DNA of 63,798 bases, the filler included, from Octopus bimaculoides (taxonomy: Eukaryota), in assembly GCF_001194135.2 (NCBI RefSeq). It is 5 parts of 5 records of this genome, joined end to end, with 100 filler letters (N's around TTAATTAATTAA, not from the genome) between each part and the next. Parts side by side here need not be neighbours in the genome. Positions count along the whole stretch, not along the records: positions 33,295 to 50,300 come from NC_069004.1; 4 more parts are not named here. One strand, 5' to 3'. The notes below the pieces were generated by a model. The model made no database searches. It worked only from the letters and a program-made list of their open reading frames with translations, and was not told the origin of the DNA. The translations under genes and the position numbers were made by a program. Below are positions 35,961-49,400 of this stretch, one piece after another (the first letter of the stretch is position 1; every line of letters begins with the position of its first letter).

Positions 35961-36929
35961 AGGTAGAAGTGGAAAAGGCTACTTACAGTGATTTTGTTGG
36001 TGAGGTGCGGATGATTGTTGTGGATGTTTCCACGACCAGTTCATAGTAAAGTCTTCTGCTTATATCTTTCCTGAAAGTCCTTACTCACTCAGGATATTTC
36101 GTTTTTATTGTGTTGTGTGTTTTGTTTTTGTGAAGTTAAGACGAATTTTATGTGTTGTTTGTTGGTGTGATGAAATCGGTGTTTGTGATACCTGTATGGT
36201 TGTATATGTGTACCATTAGTTCTTTATTGTTTGTGTTTATCATGGTGTAGTTGATTAACTGTTGCAGGTGTTAGGCTGTGCGATCTGCAAGTTGTGTGTG
36301 AATTGGGTTGTGTTTGTGATGGTGGTGGTGACGGTAGTGATAGGGATGTTTTTTTGTTGACGGTGCTGGTGTGATTGCTATTGGGAGAGGTGTTTGTGTA
36401 TTTGTTCTTAATGGTGTCTCCTCACTGTCATCATACCTACCAGATTTTTGTATTGGTTTCGATGTGTTTATGTCTCTGTTCCATTTTTTCTTCTGTTTGC
36501 CCTGGCGACTGTTGGCCTTTTAGGGTCTTCATCGTCCCCCTCTGTACAGAATATGTCTGAGTATTCGGAACAGGGGAGAGGCAAATCTTATGGAGTCTTT
36601 TGTTGCTGTCTTGCTGATAAAGTGGTTATTGTTTTAAAGGGTTCTGGTGCTGCTGTCCGTGCTGCTGCGATTGGTGTTGCTGCTATTACTTTCGCTGTTG
36701 TTTTCGCTGCCGCAGTGGTCATCTGACTCTGTTGGTGCTGTAGCTGTTTTTGTTGTTGCGGTAGTGGCAAAAGTGCAGGGCTATTTAGTTGTGAGTATCT
36801 GAGGAGTATAGGTTTGAAACCCGTAGCCGCCTGAGTTATTAAAACTCAAAATTCGCAAAGGGCGAGCAGGGTTATCAAGACAACAGTTCAATGAAATTTG
36901 TAAAAACAAACAGTAAAACCATGAATTTT

Positions 36930-37510
36930 AAAAAAAATTTACGGAACACATGGATTTACAGAACACATTAGTTGATGAAACTGATGCTATTAGGAAAAGA
37001 AAGTGGATGACAGAATTGGCGATAGATAAGATCGCAAGAGAACTGAAGAAGCAAGTAGCAAAGACAAACAACAATATAAAATATACAAAGAAGAACCTAA
37101 AGGAAAAAATAATAATAGCGCTACAAATAAGGAAGGTACAACTGGCACCAACTACTTAAGTGGTTTAAGTGAGGAAGATCAGAAGATTTCAGATGAGTTG
37201 GAAGAAGTAATGAGGAAAGAAGTAAGAGAAAGATTACCAGCATTAAAAGGCACCAACAGAAGAAAGCTGCTAGAAATGACAAACATAGTAGATTCTGTTA
37301 TCAGTAGGATAGATACTAAAAATATAGGAGGCACTAATTTACTGATCTATGTACGAGGAGTAGTAGTCACCAGAAGATTGGATATCTCATAGGATTCAAA
37401 AAGAGCAAATGTGGAAAAGGAGACTACAAAATAAAGTGAACATTTAAAGACAAGATTTGAGTAAAATAAGCATTTTCAAGTTTTGTAGCTTTTTCATGGT
37501 TATTTGCCAA
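36930..37510 (+). mobile_element. R4/Dong-like (RLE) non-LTR retrotransposon N-terminal fragment
   Basis: ERLPALKGTNRRKLL..VDSVISRIDTKNIGGTNLLIY..VVVTRRL; assignment is from recalled similarity only. Confidence 0.55.
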
Positions 37511-37612
37511 ATNNNNNNNNNNNNNNNNNNNNNNNNNNNNNNNNNNNNNNNNNNNNNNNNNNNNNNNNNNNNNNNNNNNNNNNNNNNNNNNNNNNNNNNN
37601 NNNNNNNNNNNN

Positions 37613-38619
37613 TACTTGTTTTTCTGAAATGCACCATAAATGTTCAATAATATTGAGATCTGAGGTCAGTGGTGGCCAGATAAGATGTTCAAATTCACTA
37701 GAATGATCCTCATGTCATTTAGTAACAACTTTAGCTGAGTGAATTGGTGCATTATCATCCTGAAAGATTGTGTTTCTCTCCGGAAACAGTTCTGCAACCA
37801 TAGGATAAATTTGATCAGATAAAATGCTTAATAGTCTTGACTATTAAATCAGCCATGAAGGGAAACCATTGGACCGGTGGATTTCCAAGATATAGCCCAC
37901 CATATCATCACAGATCCTCCTCCATGTTTAACAGTTGGAAGAGGGCAGTCTGGGTCAAATGCTTCTTTTGACTGTCTCCACATGTATACTCGGCCAGTGG
38001 TCGGAAATAAGGTAAATGATGACTCGTCCGAGAAAATAACTTTCTTCCACTGCTCAAGGGACCAATTCTTCAGGTTTTTACTCCACTCTAAACGCTTTGC
38101 AATGTTTGTTTTTGAAAGTAATGGTTTTCTGATTGCAACTCTCCCATGAAATCCAGCTTTGTGCAGCTCCCGGCGAACAGTTTATGTGGAAACTGGGTTC
38201 TCAAGCTGGTCATTAAGCTCTGCAATAATTTTGGGAGCTGTACTTTTGTGATCCTTTGTAACAATTCCTGCAAGAGTCCAAGGGTCCCTATCTGAAAGTT
38301 TTGGTTTCTTCCAGAGTTTTGTTTCAACAAGGAGGTTTTTCCCTCTTTCTCAAAGGCTGTCATTACTTACGAGACATTACATCTTGATACACCAAACATT
38401 TCGGCTGTTTTCGTTACACTAGCGCCAAACACCAACAGTTTGACCTCTTTGAATGTCCAATAGATCAGTCATTTTAATGAATTTTAATTACCCTTTTCTG
38501 ATGATATCTGAAAAGAAACAGCAATTTTAGCAAAACATATTAAGCAATAATAATAATAAATCAAACAAGCATTTGACAGTTTTATAGATAGGTGTTTCCA
38601 TTATTTTGTCCAACCCCTG
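37613..38619 (-). mobile_element. Tc1-type transposon, 3' end lost in the gap
   Basis: TA|CAGGGGTTGGACAAAATAATGGAAAC terminus; ATG at 38472; VIFSDESSF, VKHGGGSVMIW, FQDDNAPIH, WPPLTSDLNIIEHLW (DD34E). Confidence 0.92.
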
Positions 38620-38789
38620 TATACACACTCACACACATATTATGTAGTCATTGGTTAAGGCTAGTCAGAAAGTTACAATTGGTTTCATGTATATTATTGC
38701 TCATAGCTAGGTAGGTGACTCATGAGAACTGATGGCCATAAGAACATAACCTCTTTACTACTGGAAGTAAGAAGCATTAGCAAAGAAAA

Positions 38790-39660
38790 ATGCTTTTATT
38801 ACCATCAAAGATCACAAACGAAAATTCACCTCCAATCCCAACTCCTGCCTGATTAACCCAACTGAATCGGATATGAGGCTGGTGAGTAAACATATTTTGA
38901 GAAAGATCAATGATGACATAAGACAGCTATCGAGACTCTCCTTATGGCATATTATTAATGAAGTTATTTCATGGTTTAAAGCAAACCAGGCTAGAGGCAA
39001 GGCAAGGTTCACCCAAATCAATATAGTGGATCCTTATACGTCTACATTGAAAGGGTACTAATTAGAGTACTTATATTCACCAGGCAATTTACTCACTTTA
39101 GTGACAGGGATACATAAGTAATAATGCATACCAAAAAAACCTTATCATTCAACAAAGATTTGGCCTGAGTCAAACAACCTGACCCAGTAGGTTCCTTCGA
39201 CATGGCAAAGGGAGCATTTTACAGTGTGGATGTCTGTAACCTCATAGGATTATATATACTGGACACTTTAACAAAGAGGTACCTATCAGCCCATTTTAGT
39301 CTATACAGAAAAATGTTTTAGCCATCTCTAAAGGCACAAATGGGCACACCCCAGATAGGTTTAGGATGGACCTAATCCACACAGTTCCTTTGGTCTTAAG
39401 TTTACAACAGAGACCAATCTTACTTTTAAGATGTTACGCTCAATTTGAGTATGTGTTCATACAGGCCCTACTACAGACCAAATGAAAAGCATATATTAAC
39501 ACAGCCTCCTACTACTCACCTATTGTGTTAGAGAACCTGATGAAGAGTATCTTCAAATAAAACCATTTTCAATACTGCAGCCCCCTATTACACACAAAAA
39601 CATAGAGCATATGCTACATAATTACATACAAGTATCATGAACAACAACAGATCCTCTACA
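38790..39660 (+). mobile_element. Penelope-like element reverse-transcriptase remnant
   Basis: DHK..FTSNPNSCLINPTES..LVSKHIL..EVISWF..FTQINIVDPY..SFDMAKGAF..VCNLIGLYIL..LYR..YRPY..YIN; typical PLE RT order. Confidence 0.85.
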
Positions 39661-39962
39661 TGGTCATACAACCTGCTAGAAATAGCAAGTAAATCTAACA
39701 TCACCATACTTCTGCTGTCTTGAAAAGGTAAGGACACATCAAATGATTAGATGATGTAGCCCTTGATACACAATTGCAAAGGGAAGGACGAGATGGGATT
39801 GCCATGGCTAGGTTGCCTTTGTGCATAGACCCACTGAGTCAGTTTTGATCTAAGGTTAAAAAACATGTTTTCCAGGCTGTGCTCAGTTTACAAAATTTGC
39901 ACAGAGAATGATGATGTCCTTTTATGCAGCTTTCACTCTCCTTTCCAATTCATGAATAAATA

Positions 39963-40388
39963 TCTACAATAAAAATCCCGTTCTGTCTGTATGTGTATGT
40001 GTGTAAAAGATTATAATGGCCGTATTTTTTCAACTGATTTTCTCCAAACTGGGAACATACATATGTTCCAGCCACAGTTGTAGACTCTTAAAATTTTTCA
40101 CATAATGAGTAATGGGCCCCCTGGGGGCAGAAAACACCCATTCCTGTGTTACATGGACAAGGGAGGTAACTCTTTGCAAAATAACTTTCAGAAATTGTCT
40201 CCCTTACATCCATTGGTCAAAAAATTATTACAATCTCATCTAATATATAAAATAGAGATGTGTGTGTATTCACTTTTCATGTGAAAACAGCTTCACCAAT
40301 CGCTTCCATACTTGTGATGCATGAATAATTTGATCATTGAAATTTCATTATTCTCTTTAACCCGGGCAATGCCAGGTATTACTGCTAG
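39963..40388 (+). mobile_element. Non-autonomous Helitron with two 5' TC heads
   Basis: A|TCTACAATAAAAAT at 39963 and A|TCTAATATATAAAA at 40239; 3' cccgggcaatgccagg hairpin then CTAG|T at 40388. Confidence 0.8.
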
Positions 40389-40426
40389 TATATATATATA
40401 TATATATATATAAATATATATATATA

Positions 40427-40760
40427 GGGAACCTGTGGAAGACGTAAACCCAGAAAGCTGTGGGATGAGGTGGTGAAATATGATCTTCGAATGTTGAGTC
40501 TCACAGAGGCAATGACAAGTGACTGAGATTGCTGGTGAGTTGCTGTGTTTGGAAAGACACAGCAAGCTTAGTGGAATTGTAGTCATATCCCAGTGCCAGT
40601 GATGTGTAAAAGGCACCCGTGCTGGTGACATGTTAAAGGCACCCACTACGCTTTTTGGAGTGGCTGGCATTAGGAAGGGCATCCAGCTGAAGAAACCAGG
40701 CCAAAATAGACTGGAGCATGGTGCCACTTTCCAGCTTGCCAGTTCTAGTCAAACCATCTC
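40427..40760 (+). mobile_element. RTE LINE 3' end
   Basis: GTCGRRKPRKLWDEVVKYDLRMLSLTEAMTSD plus a UTR matching the reverse of 2880-3200. Confidence 0.85.
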
Positions 40761-40764
40761 AGCC

Positions 40765-43700
40765 AGACACATCAAACGCCTGGCCTGTGGGCCACTTCCA
40801 GCTCGTGCAGCAATTTCATCCAGCCCGCGAGACCATTTTGATATCAGCATGAAATTGGTCCAAATGGCGGCATCAGCAAATAGAGTACTTTGCTGCCCTC
40901 AGCAACACCCATGCCTCCTTGTTACAACTACACATAGATAGTGTGTGGCTAAAGCAGGCCATTACATTATATATAGCACTGGCTGCACTACCTTTCTTAC
41001 TAAGGGCGTCACCAAAAGAAAGGGTATCACCAAATAATTTAAATGCATGATTAGAACCACTGTACCTATTACACCCTGTCTGTACAAAAAATACATTAAA
41101 GAGGCATGATAACAGTCACAAGTCTTAATTGTAACTGCAACAAAGCATGCTGGGAAACACCTTTGATTCTCTAATCGCATGTTGTAAAGCGCTGATGACA
41201 CAAAATCTACTAATCCCATAATGCACTGCAACAGCCGTCTTACCACTCTTTTGGGTGATCATTTTCATGTGACGTCATTCAGTAGTAGTAACTATCTATA
41301 TCAATGGCCAAGAGAAAAGTCAATGCTGAAAACAGAGCCTTTGAAATTCAGTGGAAAACCAAGTACATGTTTACTGACATTGATGCCAAACCAGCATGTC
41401 TTTCTGATTTGGCGGGCGCCACTTTTTATTTATGTTTTATTTAGTGTGTTTTCTACCGAAACACTTTAAAACTTCGTATACTTGTATATTTTGTCCTCTA
41501 GAACAGAGAAAAATTTTTATATTCGAACTTATTTTATGTAAAAAGTTGTTGTATTTCGGTAATTTCAACTGATCACAGACGTCTATTGAGGTGAAAACAA
41601 TTACTGCTGTGGAATGTAAACAAGACGTTCTAGCGGTGTAATGGGATCTTTTCCCTTGAATAAAATTCGTGCCATTGTTTGTCAACAACAAATATCGGCG
41701 GTACTGTTATTTATGACACCGTTCGTGCGTTTGTACTGGTTTTAGCTTTGGGTTAGGGTTTTAAGGTTAGGGTTTGGCAAAAATACTCATAACCTTAACC
41801 CTAACCTTAACTCTAAAACCCGAACCCTAACCCTAAAACCCTCAAGCTAAAACCAGTACAAACGCACGAACGATGCCATAAATAACAGTACCGCCGATAG
41901 TTGTTGACAAACAATGGCACTAATTTTATTCAGGCGAAAAGATCCCATTACACCACTAGAACGTCTTGTTTACATTCCACAGCAGTAATTGTTTTCACCT
42001 CAATAGACGTCAGTGATTGGTTGAAATTACCGAAATAGGATAATTTTAACACAAAATAACTTTAAAAAGATAAAATTTTCTCTATAACACTAAGAGTAAA
42101 AGATGTTTTATATGACACATTCTACCAGTGTCCCAAGTTTGAAAGTGTTTCATTAAGAAAACAAGTGGCGCCCGCCAAATCAGAAAGATCCCTTAATTGT
42201 GGTGCTAATGTTGCTGTGCTTAAAGAGTATGATCTCAAAAGCCAGTACGAAACAAAACACCAGGACAAGTATAAATACATCACAGCTGAGCAGAAGCAAC
42301 GAAGGGTTGAAGAGTTGAAAAGGAATCTCACATTACAACAGATTTTTTTAACCAAAGCAAAATCACAAAGTGAAGCTGCTGTTAAAGCAAGTTTTATAGT
42401 GGTAGAGGAGATCATAAAATCAGCCTGGCCATTTACCAAAGGAGAGTTTGTGAAGAGCTACATGATGAAAATGTGTGATGTTTTGTGTCCAGACAAGAAG
42501 CAACTGTTTGCTAATGTGAGTATTAGCAGAAATACAGTTGATCAGGAGTGTGAGATGGCCACTGATTTGAAAACACAGTTGATTGAAAAAGGAAAAGATT
42601 TTGTTGTATACTCTCTTACTGTGGATGAGACTACTGACATGACTGATAGGGCACAACAGGCTATCTTCATCCGTGGAGTGGACTCAAATTTGTTTGTCAT
42701 GGAGGAAATTTTGGACATTAAATCAATGCATGGGACAACAGAAAAGGACTTTTTTGAAAAAAATATCTGTGTAACTGACATGAAACTGCCTTGGGACAAA
42801 CTTGTTGGGCTTACAACAGATGGAGCACTGGCAATGTATGGTGAAAATTGGACAAGTGGGTAGGATACATTTAAAGATGCACTGGTGAGTTGACAACATG
42901 TCACTGCATCATACACCAGGAAACACTGTAGGCTAAAGCCTTAAAAGCAGAACATGTAATGAGCACTGTAACACAAACTGTAAACTTTATCCAAGCCGAA
43001 AGGTTAAATCACCAATTTCAGTCTTTCCTGTGGGAAATACATTCAGAATTTGGTGACATGCCTTATCATACAGAGGTGCAGTGGCTCAGTCAGGGAAAGG
43101 TCCTCAATATAGTTTTTGAGCTGGTTGAGGAGATATGTCAGTTCATGGACAGGAAAGGAAAAGAATCCAAAGTTCTGCGGGATGAAAAGTAGAAATGCAA
43201 GTTGGCGTTTCTGGTTGACATAACTACGCATCTCACTGTTTTAAACAGCCAGCTCCAGAGATGGGATCACATGATTTGTGATATGTATGACAGAGTGAAG
43301 GCATTTCAAGTGAAACTGTGCTTATGGGAGACACAAATGCACCAATTGAACTTGTCTCACTTTCTCTGTTGCCAAGTAATGTTAAGCCAAGTCAGTGCCA
43401 TGGTGTTCCCAAAGCAACACTTTGCTGATAAATTGAGTCTGCTCTGCACTGAATTCACACAGCGCTTTAGTGACTTTGAAGCACAGAAAAATAATTTCAA
43501 GCTGCTTCGCAACCCATTTGCCATCAATGTGGAAACTGCACCTGTACAGATTCAAATGGAGCTTATAGAACTGCAGTGTAATGGGATATTAAAAGCAAAG
43601 TACGACTCTGTGGGGCCCGCACAGTTCACTCGCTTCATACCTGAAGCAATTTCTCAGCTCCATTTACATGCAGCCCAAACGCTGTCTATGTTCAGAAGTA

Positions 43701-43786
43701 CATATCTGTGCAAGCAGCTGTTCTCTGTGATAAAGATGAATAAAACATCACATAGAAGTCATCTCACAGTTTTCATTCATTATTTT
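40765..43786 (+). mobile_element. Decayed hAT transposon (Buster/Charlie/SPIN type, GTF2IRD2-like transposase)
   Basis: ggcc-rich subterminal motifs near 40780-40830; ATG at 41304 (MAKRKVNAENRAF..KPACL) | insertion | NCGANVAVLKEYDLK..YETKH, SLTVDETTD, LVGLTTDGA, HTEVQWLSQG, STYLCKQLFSVIKMNK. Confidence 0.92.
41399..42192. mobile_element. Foldback non-autonomous DNA element with telomere-like centre
   Basis: 25-bp TIR tctttctgatttggcgggcgccact / agtggcgcccgccaaatcagaaaga; internal ~230-bp inverted arms (41552-41775 / 41791-42037) ending in GGGTTA/TAACCC tracts; splits the transposase codons PAC|LNCG. Confidence 0.9.
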
Positions 43787-44410
43787 GGATCTATTTCAAA
43801 ATGGGGGCACCAGTATTTTCTTAACGAAACACTAACGAAACACTTTGAAACTTGGGACACTGGTAGAATGTGTCATATAAAACATCTTTTACTGTTAGTC
43901 TTCTTAACAAAAAAACGTACATCCCAAGTTATTCCATGTTAAAGTTGTCGTATTTCTGTAATTTCAACCAATCACTGACGTCTATTCAGCTGAATAGAGT
44001 TACTGCTGGGCGGTCATAAAAATGTTATACCCTGTGACATATTTCATCCGGTTTAATCGTAATTTATACGCATATATTGCTTATATAATAAATTACGCTG
44101 TGCGTATCTATGTGTGTAACAATTTTAGAGTTCGGATTCTAGAGTTAGGGTTAGTTTTAGGGTTAGGGTTAGGGTTAGGGTTAGGGTTAGGGGATTAATA
44201 CGATATACACCGTTACAGCGCTAACTGTTTTCAACTGAATAGACGTCAGTGATTAGTAGAAATTATCGAAATAAGACAATTTTTTACATGAAATAAATTC
44301 GAATACAAAAAATTTTTTCTGTTCTATAACACAAAATAGATAAGTATACGAAGTTTGAAAGTCTTTCGGTACCAAAACCACTACATAAAACATAAATGAA
44401 AACTGGTGCA
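43787..44410. mobile_element. Second, diverged copy of the same foldback family in opposite orientation, with (TTAGGG)6
   Basis: 43810-43900 is the reverse complement of 42090-42170; 44230-44410 is the reverse complement of 41420-41590; (TTAGGG)6 at 44157-44192. Confidence 0.85.
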
Positions 44411-45039
44411 CATATTTTATTTATATTTTTCTTTTTTTTCTTTTTGCAATATGTTCCTATTTTAAATTTTTATAATTTTGACAGGAGATAATTTTATGCA
44501 GAGCAAAATATTTAAAGTAATTTAAGTTAAAGTTAATTTATTTTTGGAATAAAATTATATACCATCTGTTTCAATACATATTCGTGTTCAAAAAGTTTTC
44601 TCTGTTCAATAAATGTTTATCCTGTTCAGCCTGCAACCTAAAGTGTGCTTTGCGTTTTGGTCCCCTGTGCGATGGAGTTTGATACTCCTGATCTAACCCA
44701 TACCAACATGGAAAACAGACACTAAATGATGATGATATGCACAGACACGCACATATCATCATCATCATTTTAATGTCTACTTTTCAAAGGTTGTGTGGGT
44801 CAGATTTACTACATTTAGATACCTTTCCTGTTGCTAATCTTTACCTGTTTCCAAGCAAGTTAATATTTCCCCATGTCTTGATATGCTTTCAGTAAGCATT
44901 GGAAATGAAGACCATTACTTGTATGATGGACACTCATTTACAACTAGCATGTGATGTCAAGACAAGATACACACCCATGTGTATTGATGTGTGAGTGTGT
45001 GTTGAGTCTATACAAACACACACACATATTATAGGCAAA

Positions 45040-45830
45040 AGTGTGGCTGTATGGTTGAGAAGCTTGCCTCCAAACCATGTGGTTTTGGGTTAAGTCCCAT
45101 TGCATGGCACTTTGGACAAGTGTCTTCTACTATATCTCTTCTATTATATTCCTGGGTCAATAAAAACCTTGTGAGTGAATTTGATAGATGGAAACTGAAA
45201 GAAGCTTGTCATATAGATATGTGATATGAACCAATGATATATGTATATGATGTGTACCAATGTTTGACATCATGTGATGGTTTCATTATATGTATGGTTA
45301 AGAAGTTTGTTTCCCAGCCATGCTGTTTTGTACCAGTCACACTATATGGTGCCTTGGGCAAGTGTCTTCTTGCCTAGAGCCAACCAAAGCAGATTCGGTA
45401 GACAGAAACTAAAGAAACCCATCTTTTACTTATTTCAGTCATTAGACTATGGCCATGTTGCAGCACCACCTTGAAGCATTTTCTTAGTCAAATGCATTAA
45501 TGCTAATACTTATTTTTTTAAAACCTGGTACTTATTCTAACAATCTCTTTTGCTGAACTGCTAAGCTACAGGGTTGTCAGGAGGTGATGGAGGACAAAGA
45601 CGGACACAAAGACAAACATATATATATTCTTTTAAAGCTGTGGCCATGCTGGTCTTCATTCAGTTTCCATCTACTAAATCCACTCACAAGGCTTTGGTTG
45701 GCCTGAGGCCATAGTAGAAGACACTTGCCCAAGGTGTCATGGAGTGGAACTGAATCTGGATCCATGTGGTTGGTAAGCAAGCTTCTTACCATACAGCCAT
45801 GTCTGTGCCTCCACACAGCCACCCTCAACC
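45040..45830. mobile_element. Cluster of SINE family 1 fragments in both orientations
   Basis: Plus-strand heads at ~45045 and ~45290; minus-strand tail and head at 45420-45800. Confidence 0.75.
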
Positions 45831-46329
45831 AACCAGATTATCAGATGTTACACATTGCTGGTCATAGTAATGTGCTTTGCATTGTTTTAGCCTGCTAGCT
45901 AGCCAAGCAGGCCAACATTCCCCACTGATCAAAAGAGGTACTGGAGCAATGTTAAATGAAGTGGTTTGCTTGAGAATACAATGTGCTGCCTGGCCTGGAA
46001 GTCCAAGTCACGATCTAGCAATTGTGAGTGCAACATCCAAACCACTAGGCCACATGCCTATATATATATATATATATATAGACAAAAAAGTAAATTGAAT
46101 GCAGCATAGCTGGGAAAACAGCAAAGAAAGTTTGGGTATTTACTCTTATAACACAGATAAAAGTTGCCAGCAGGTGGCTACAGGAACTGAATTCTGTACC
46201 CCTCAGATGCTGTCAATGATAGCTTTTCAAATGGGAGAACATTTTATAAACATACTATGGAAGCATCAAATGAGTTTCTATTTTACAGACATGGAAGTAA
46301 ACTTCAAATGCAGTATAGCAGTGAAAACA

Positions 46330-46470
46330 GCAGAAAGAGTGCAAAAATAAAAATAACACAAAGACAAGATAAAAACACACTTTGGAAAAATAAAAGGAAA
46401 AGTTTTTTACATTTTGAGGATATGCTCTTCTTCAGAAAGGAAAAATGAGGAGAGAGAAAAAATTGAGTGA
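46330..46470 (-). mobile_element. Family D repeat with decayed HHR-like motif
   Basis: Minus strand ctttCTGAAGAagagcatatcctcAAAAtgtaaaa. Confidence 0.5.
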
Positions 46471-49400
46471 GAAAACGTCTCAATTAGACGGTCATCACAT
46501 ACTGAAATGACCAAAAGGGAAAGAGATCATTATTCACTAGGGGCAGGAGTGGCAAGGGAACAATTGTTAGAGTTCACAGAGGTGTGGAATAGCAAGAGGG
46601 GCATTTCGGAACCCAGCATATGTGTGTATATGAATAAATGTGTGTTTGTAGCTAATATATGCATCTATGTGTGTGTATGCACATACATGTGTGCATATGA
46701 AGCTAGCCAACATGTATGTATATATGTGTGTGTTTGACAAGATCCAACAAGGATTGCAGCAAGCCTCCAAGTCAGTTTGTGCATAGTTTCTATGACCAGA
46801 TGCCCTTCATAAAACCAACCACTTTCCAGGTTGCACTGGATGTTTGATTTTGTTCACCAGCACTAGTAATATTGTCAAATAATGTGCAAGACAAAAGGAA
46901 AAAGTTCCCCTCAACTAAGTGAGGGCATAATTGTGAGAGGGGGAAGTAGCGTTATGCCATGCGATGAGAGGCTAAAGCAGTGGCTCTTAACTGGGGTCCA
47001 TATGGCCCCTGAGGGTCCGTATAAGGGTGTTAGGAGGATGAGACGTTAGGAGGATGAGATGTAAGGAATGATTGGAGCAGATCGGATGCAGAGGCAGGGC
47101 CCAGCATGTACAGGCATAAACAAAATGCTTTGGGAACCTAGTTTTCATGCGATAGCTGTATCTTCAGCACCGAGAATCGCTTATCATCTCATGATAGAAT
47201 GTTTTATGTGTACGCACATACACTATCATGCGTTTCATATACATACAGGCAAAAAAAACAAAAAAACACTGACCGCATGCACTCATGTGCATATGCAGAC
47301 AACAGAAATAATAGCCAAATCATCCTCAAATATCATCCTGAATATAAAGATTAGGCTGTATGGTTAAGAAATTCGTGTGTGTGCGCGTGTGTGTTTCAGT
47401 CATTGAACTACGTCCAAACAGCATCGAGTTTTTCCTCATCATATGAACCCCAGAACTTGTTTCAGTCTATTATTTATTTTATCGACTAAAGTCACGCTAT
47501 GACGCAAAGGGATACAAAATACACAGACACAAAACACACATGCACAGACCCACGTTTGCTAAATATTATTCAGTGAACAGGAGGCTACAGAAGATAATTG
47601 CCAAAAGAGCACCGCAATGAGCTTGAAACTGGATCCACGTGGTCTTCATCACACGTATTATGTGTTTGCGCGTGTGTATCGCGCAAAGATATACTCATCT
47701 TCGAGAAATCCCAATAAAACCGGTGTATCGAACAAAATAGCCTGTGGTATTTATTCCGTTCAGTTCGCATAGACACTCTCGGCACCAATGCTACTTTTCC
47801 CCGTAAAAAATGTTATAAAATGAAATAACATCGTCTCAGGAGGAACAAGATGGATAATGTAGTGGGCTCTGGGATTGGAAAAACGGAATTTTCTCAAATG
47901 CAATGTGTTTGATCATAGGTCTGCTTGACTTGGAGCTAAATATCAACAAATATTTGTTATAAAACATGTTCCGTTCTTCCGGTTTACTCGTAGGCTAACT
48001 GTAAGAGAGAAGACTATACTTCAAGGTATTCCTTCGCATCTTCTTACATGGTAATCATGCATGAGATAATGCACGACTTCAGTATTTAATCTGTTCTTTC
48101 CTTATTTAATACGATAGAGTACGGTAAAGGAGGAGGGAGAATTGACTGCTATTTTTAGTAGATCGAGCGCCCACACAAAAATTCTCCTTGTTTTTAGTCT
48201 TAAGTCTAATTGAGTAGCCCTTATAACCAAGTGTAACCAAACTCTGCCTATACCGTCATTTTCCCATGTGCAGGGATCCAGGACCGCATTATTTAGCGTG
48301 CTGCTTTTTAATATGGGATGTTTGTTGCGGTTTCTAACATAACAAGCGATTATGAAGAGCACCACCACCATCTCGTCGGTTTCTACACGTGAAAGTGTGT
48401 GATGCAATAAATAAAACGTTATCCGTGAAATAGTAAATAAGGACATTCTTTAAACTTCATGAAAAAACTTTAGTATTTACTAAAAACAAAAAATAGAGAA
48501 AGTGAAGGGACACTTTACATACTCAAATTGATAAAAAAAAAAAAAAGATTGTTTTTTCGCAAAGAAAAACAAATTATTTCATGACTAACTTAATTATGGT
48601 TGGTTTATCGTCTGCGGATAAAACGAAACTAGTCGAAACTGTCTTCGCAAAATGGATTACATGTTTTTATTATTAAATTATTAAAAAAAAAATTGGTTCA
48701 CAAATAAATTGCAAACTTAATAAAAATGTATAAACATTTTCTATTTTACAAACTGTAGTTTTTACTTTTTTTTTTTTTTTTTTTGGTGCGAGTTGAACAC
48801 CTTTCAGTAGACATTACACACTATAATGTAGTATTGGATAAAACTTATTTGCGAACGAACGCATGCGGATGTTGTTTCTCCACCTGGTCAGCCAAGACAG
48901 AATAAGCTCGTAGGAATCCAACCATGGCCATATCGACTTCTATTCAGATTTAGAGAAAAGTATCATCTTTTTCCTAAGTGAAGACGGTGGAGGAAGATTT
49001 TAAAGGAGAATTTGCTGCTATTTTTAGTGGGTTTTGTGACCACCAAGAGGTTACTTCATTGACTCACGTGCAAATATGCGCATCTTATTTAGTAGTAATT
49101 AGTAATAGTAGTGAGAAATACAATGTGCTTCAATACACAAGCAAACAATATTTTTATACATTATATAAACACAAGGTACCAAAAAAGCGTGAATATATAA
49201 CCGCTTATATCATATGCAGAGAACACATGCGAGAAAATAAAGACAGAAAATAAAGTATGGTCCCGCGGTTTTTGCCTTTTACGAAAAAAAAAACGAGACA
49301 ATGGGATTGTATGAGGTTCTGTGTAACATTTTTCTCTTTTTCTTTACCTGGTAATAGGATCATCAATTAAAGTACAGTAAAAGTGAGTTAAGCTACAACC

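Noticed and set aside
41304-43942. Domesticated GTF2IRD2/ZBED-like host gene
   Set aside because: It has stops, frameshifts and two element insertions; it is a dead hAT copy.
48102-48446. 114-aa ORF as a gene
   Set aside because: No recognisable motif or splice signals; the length is compatible with chance.
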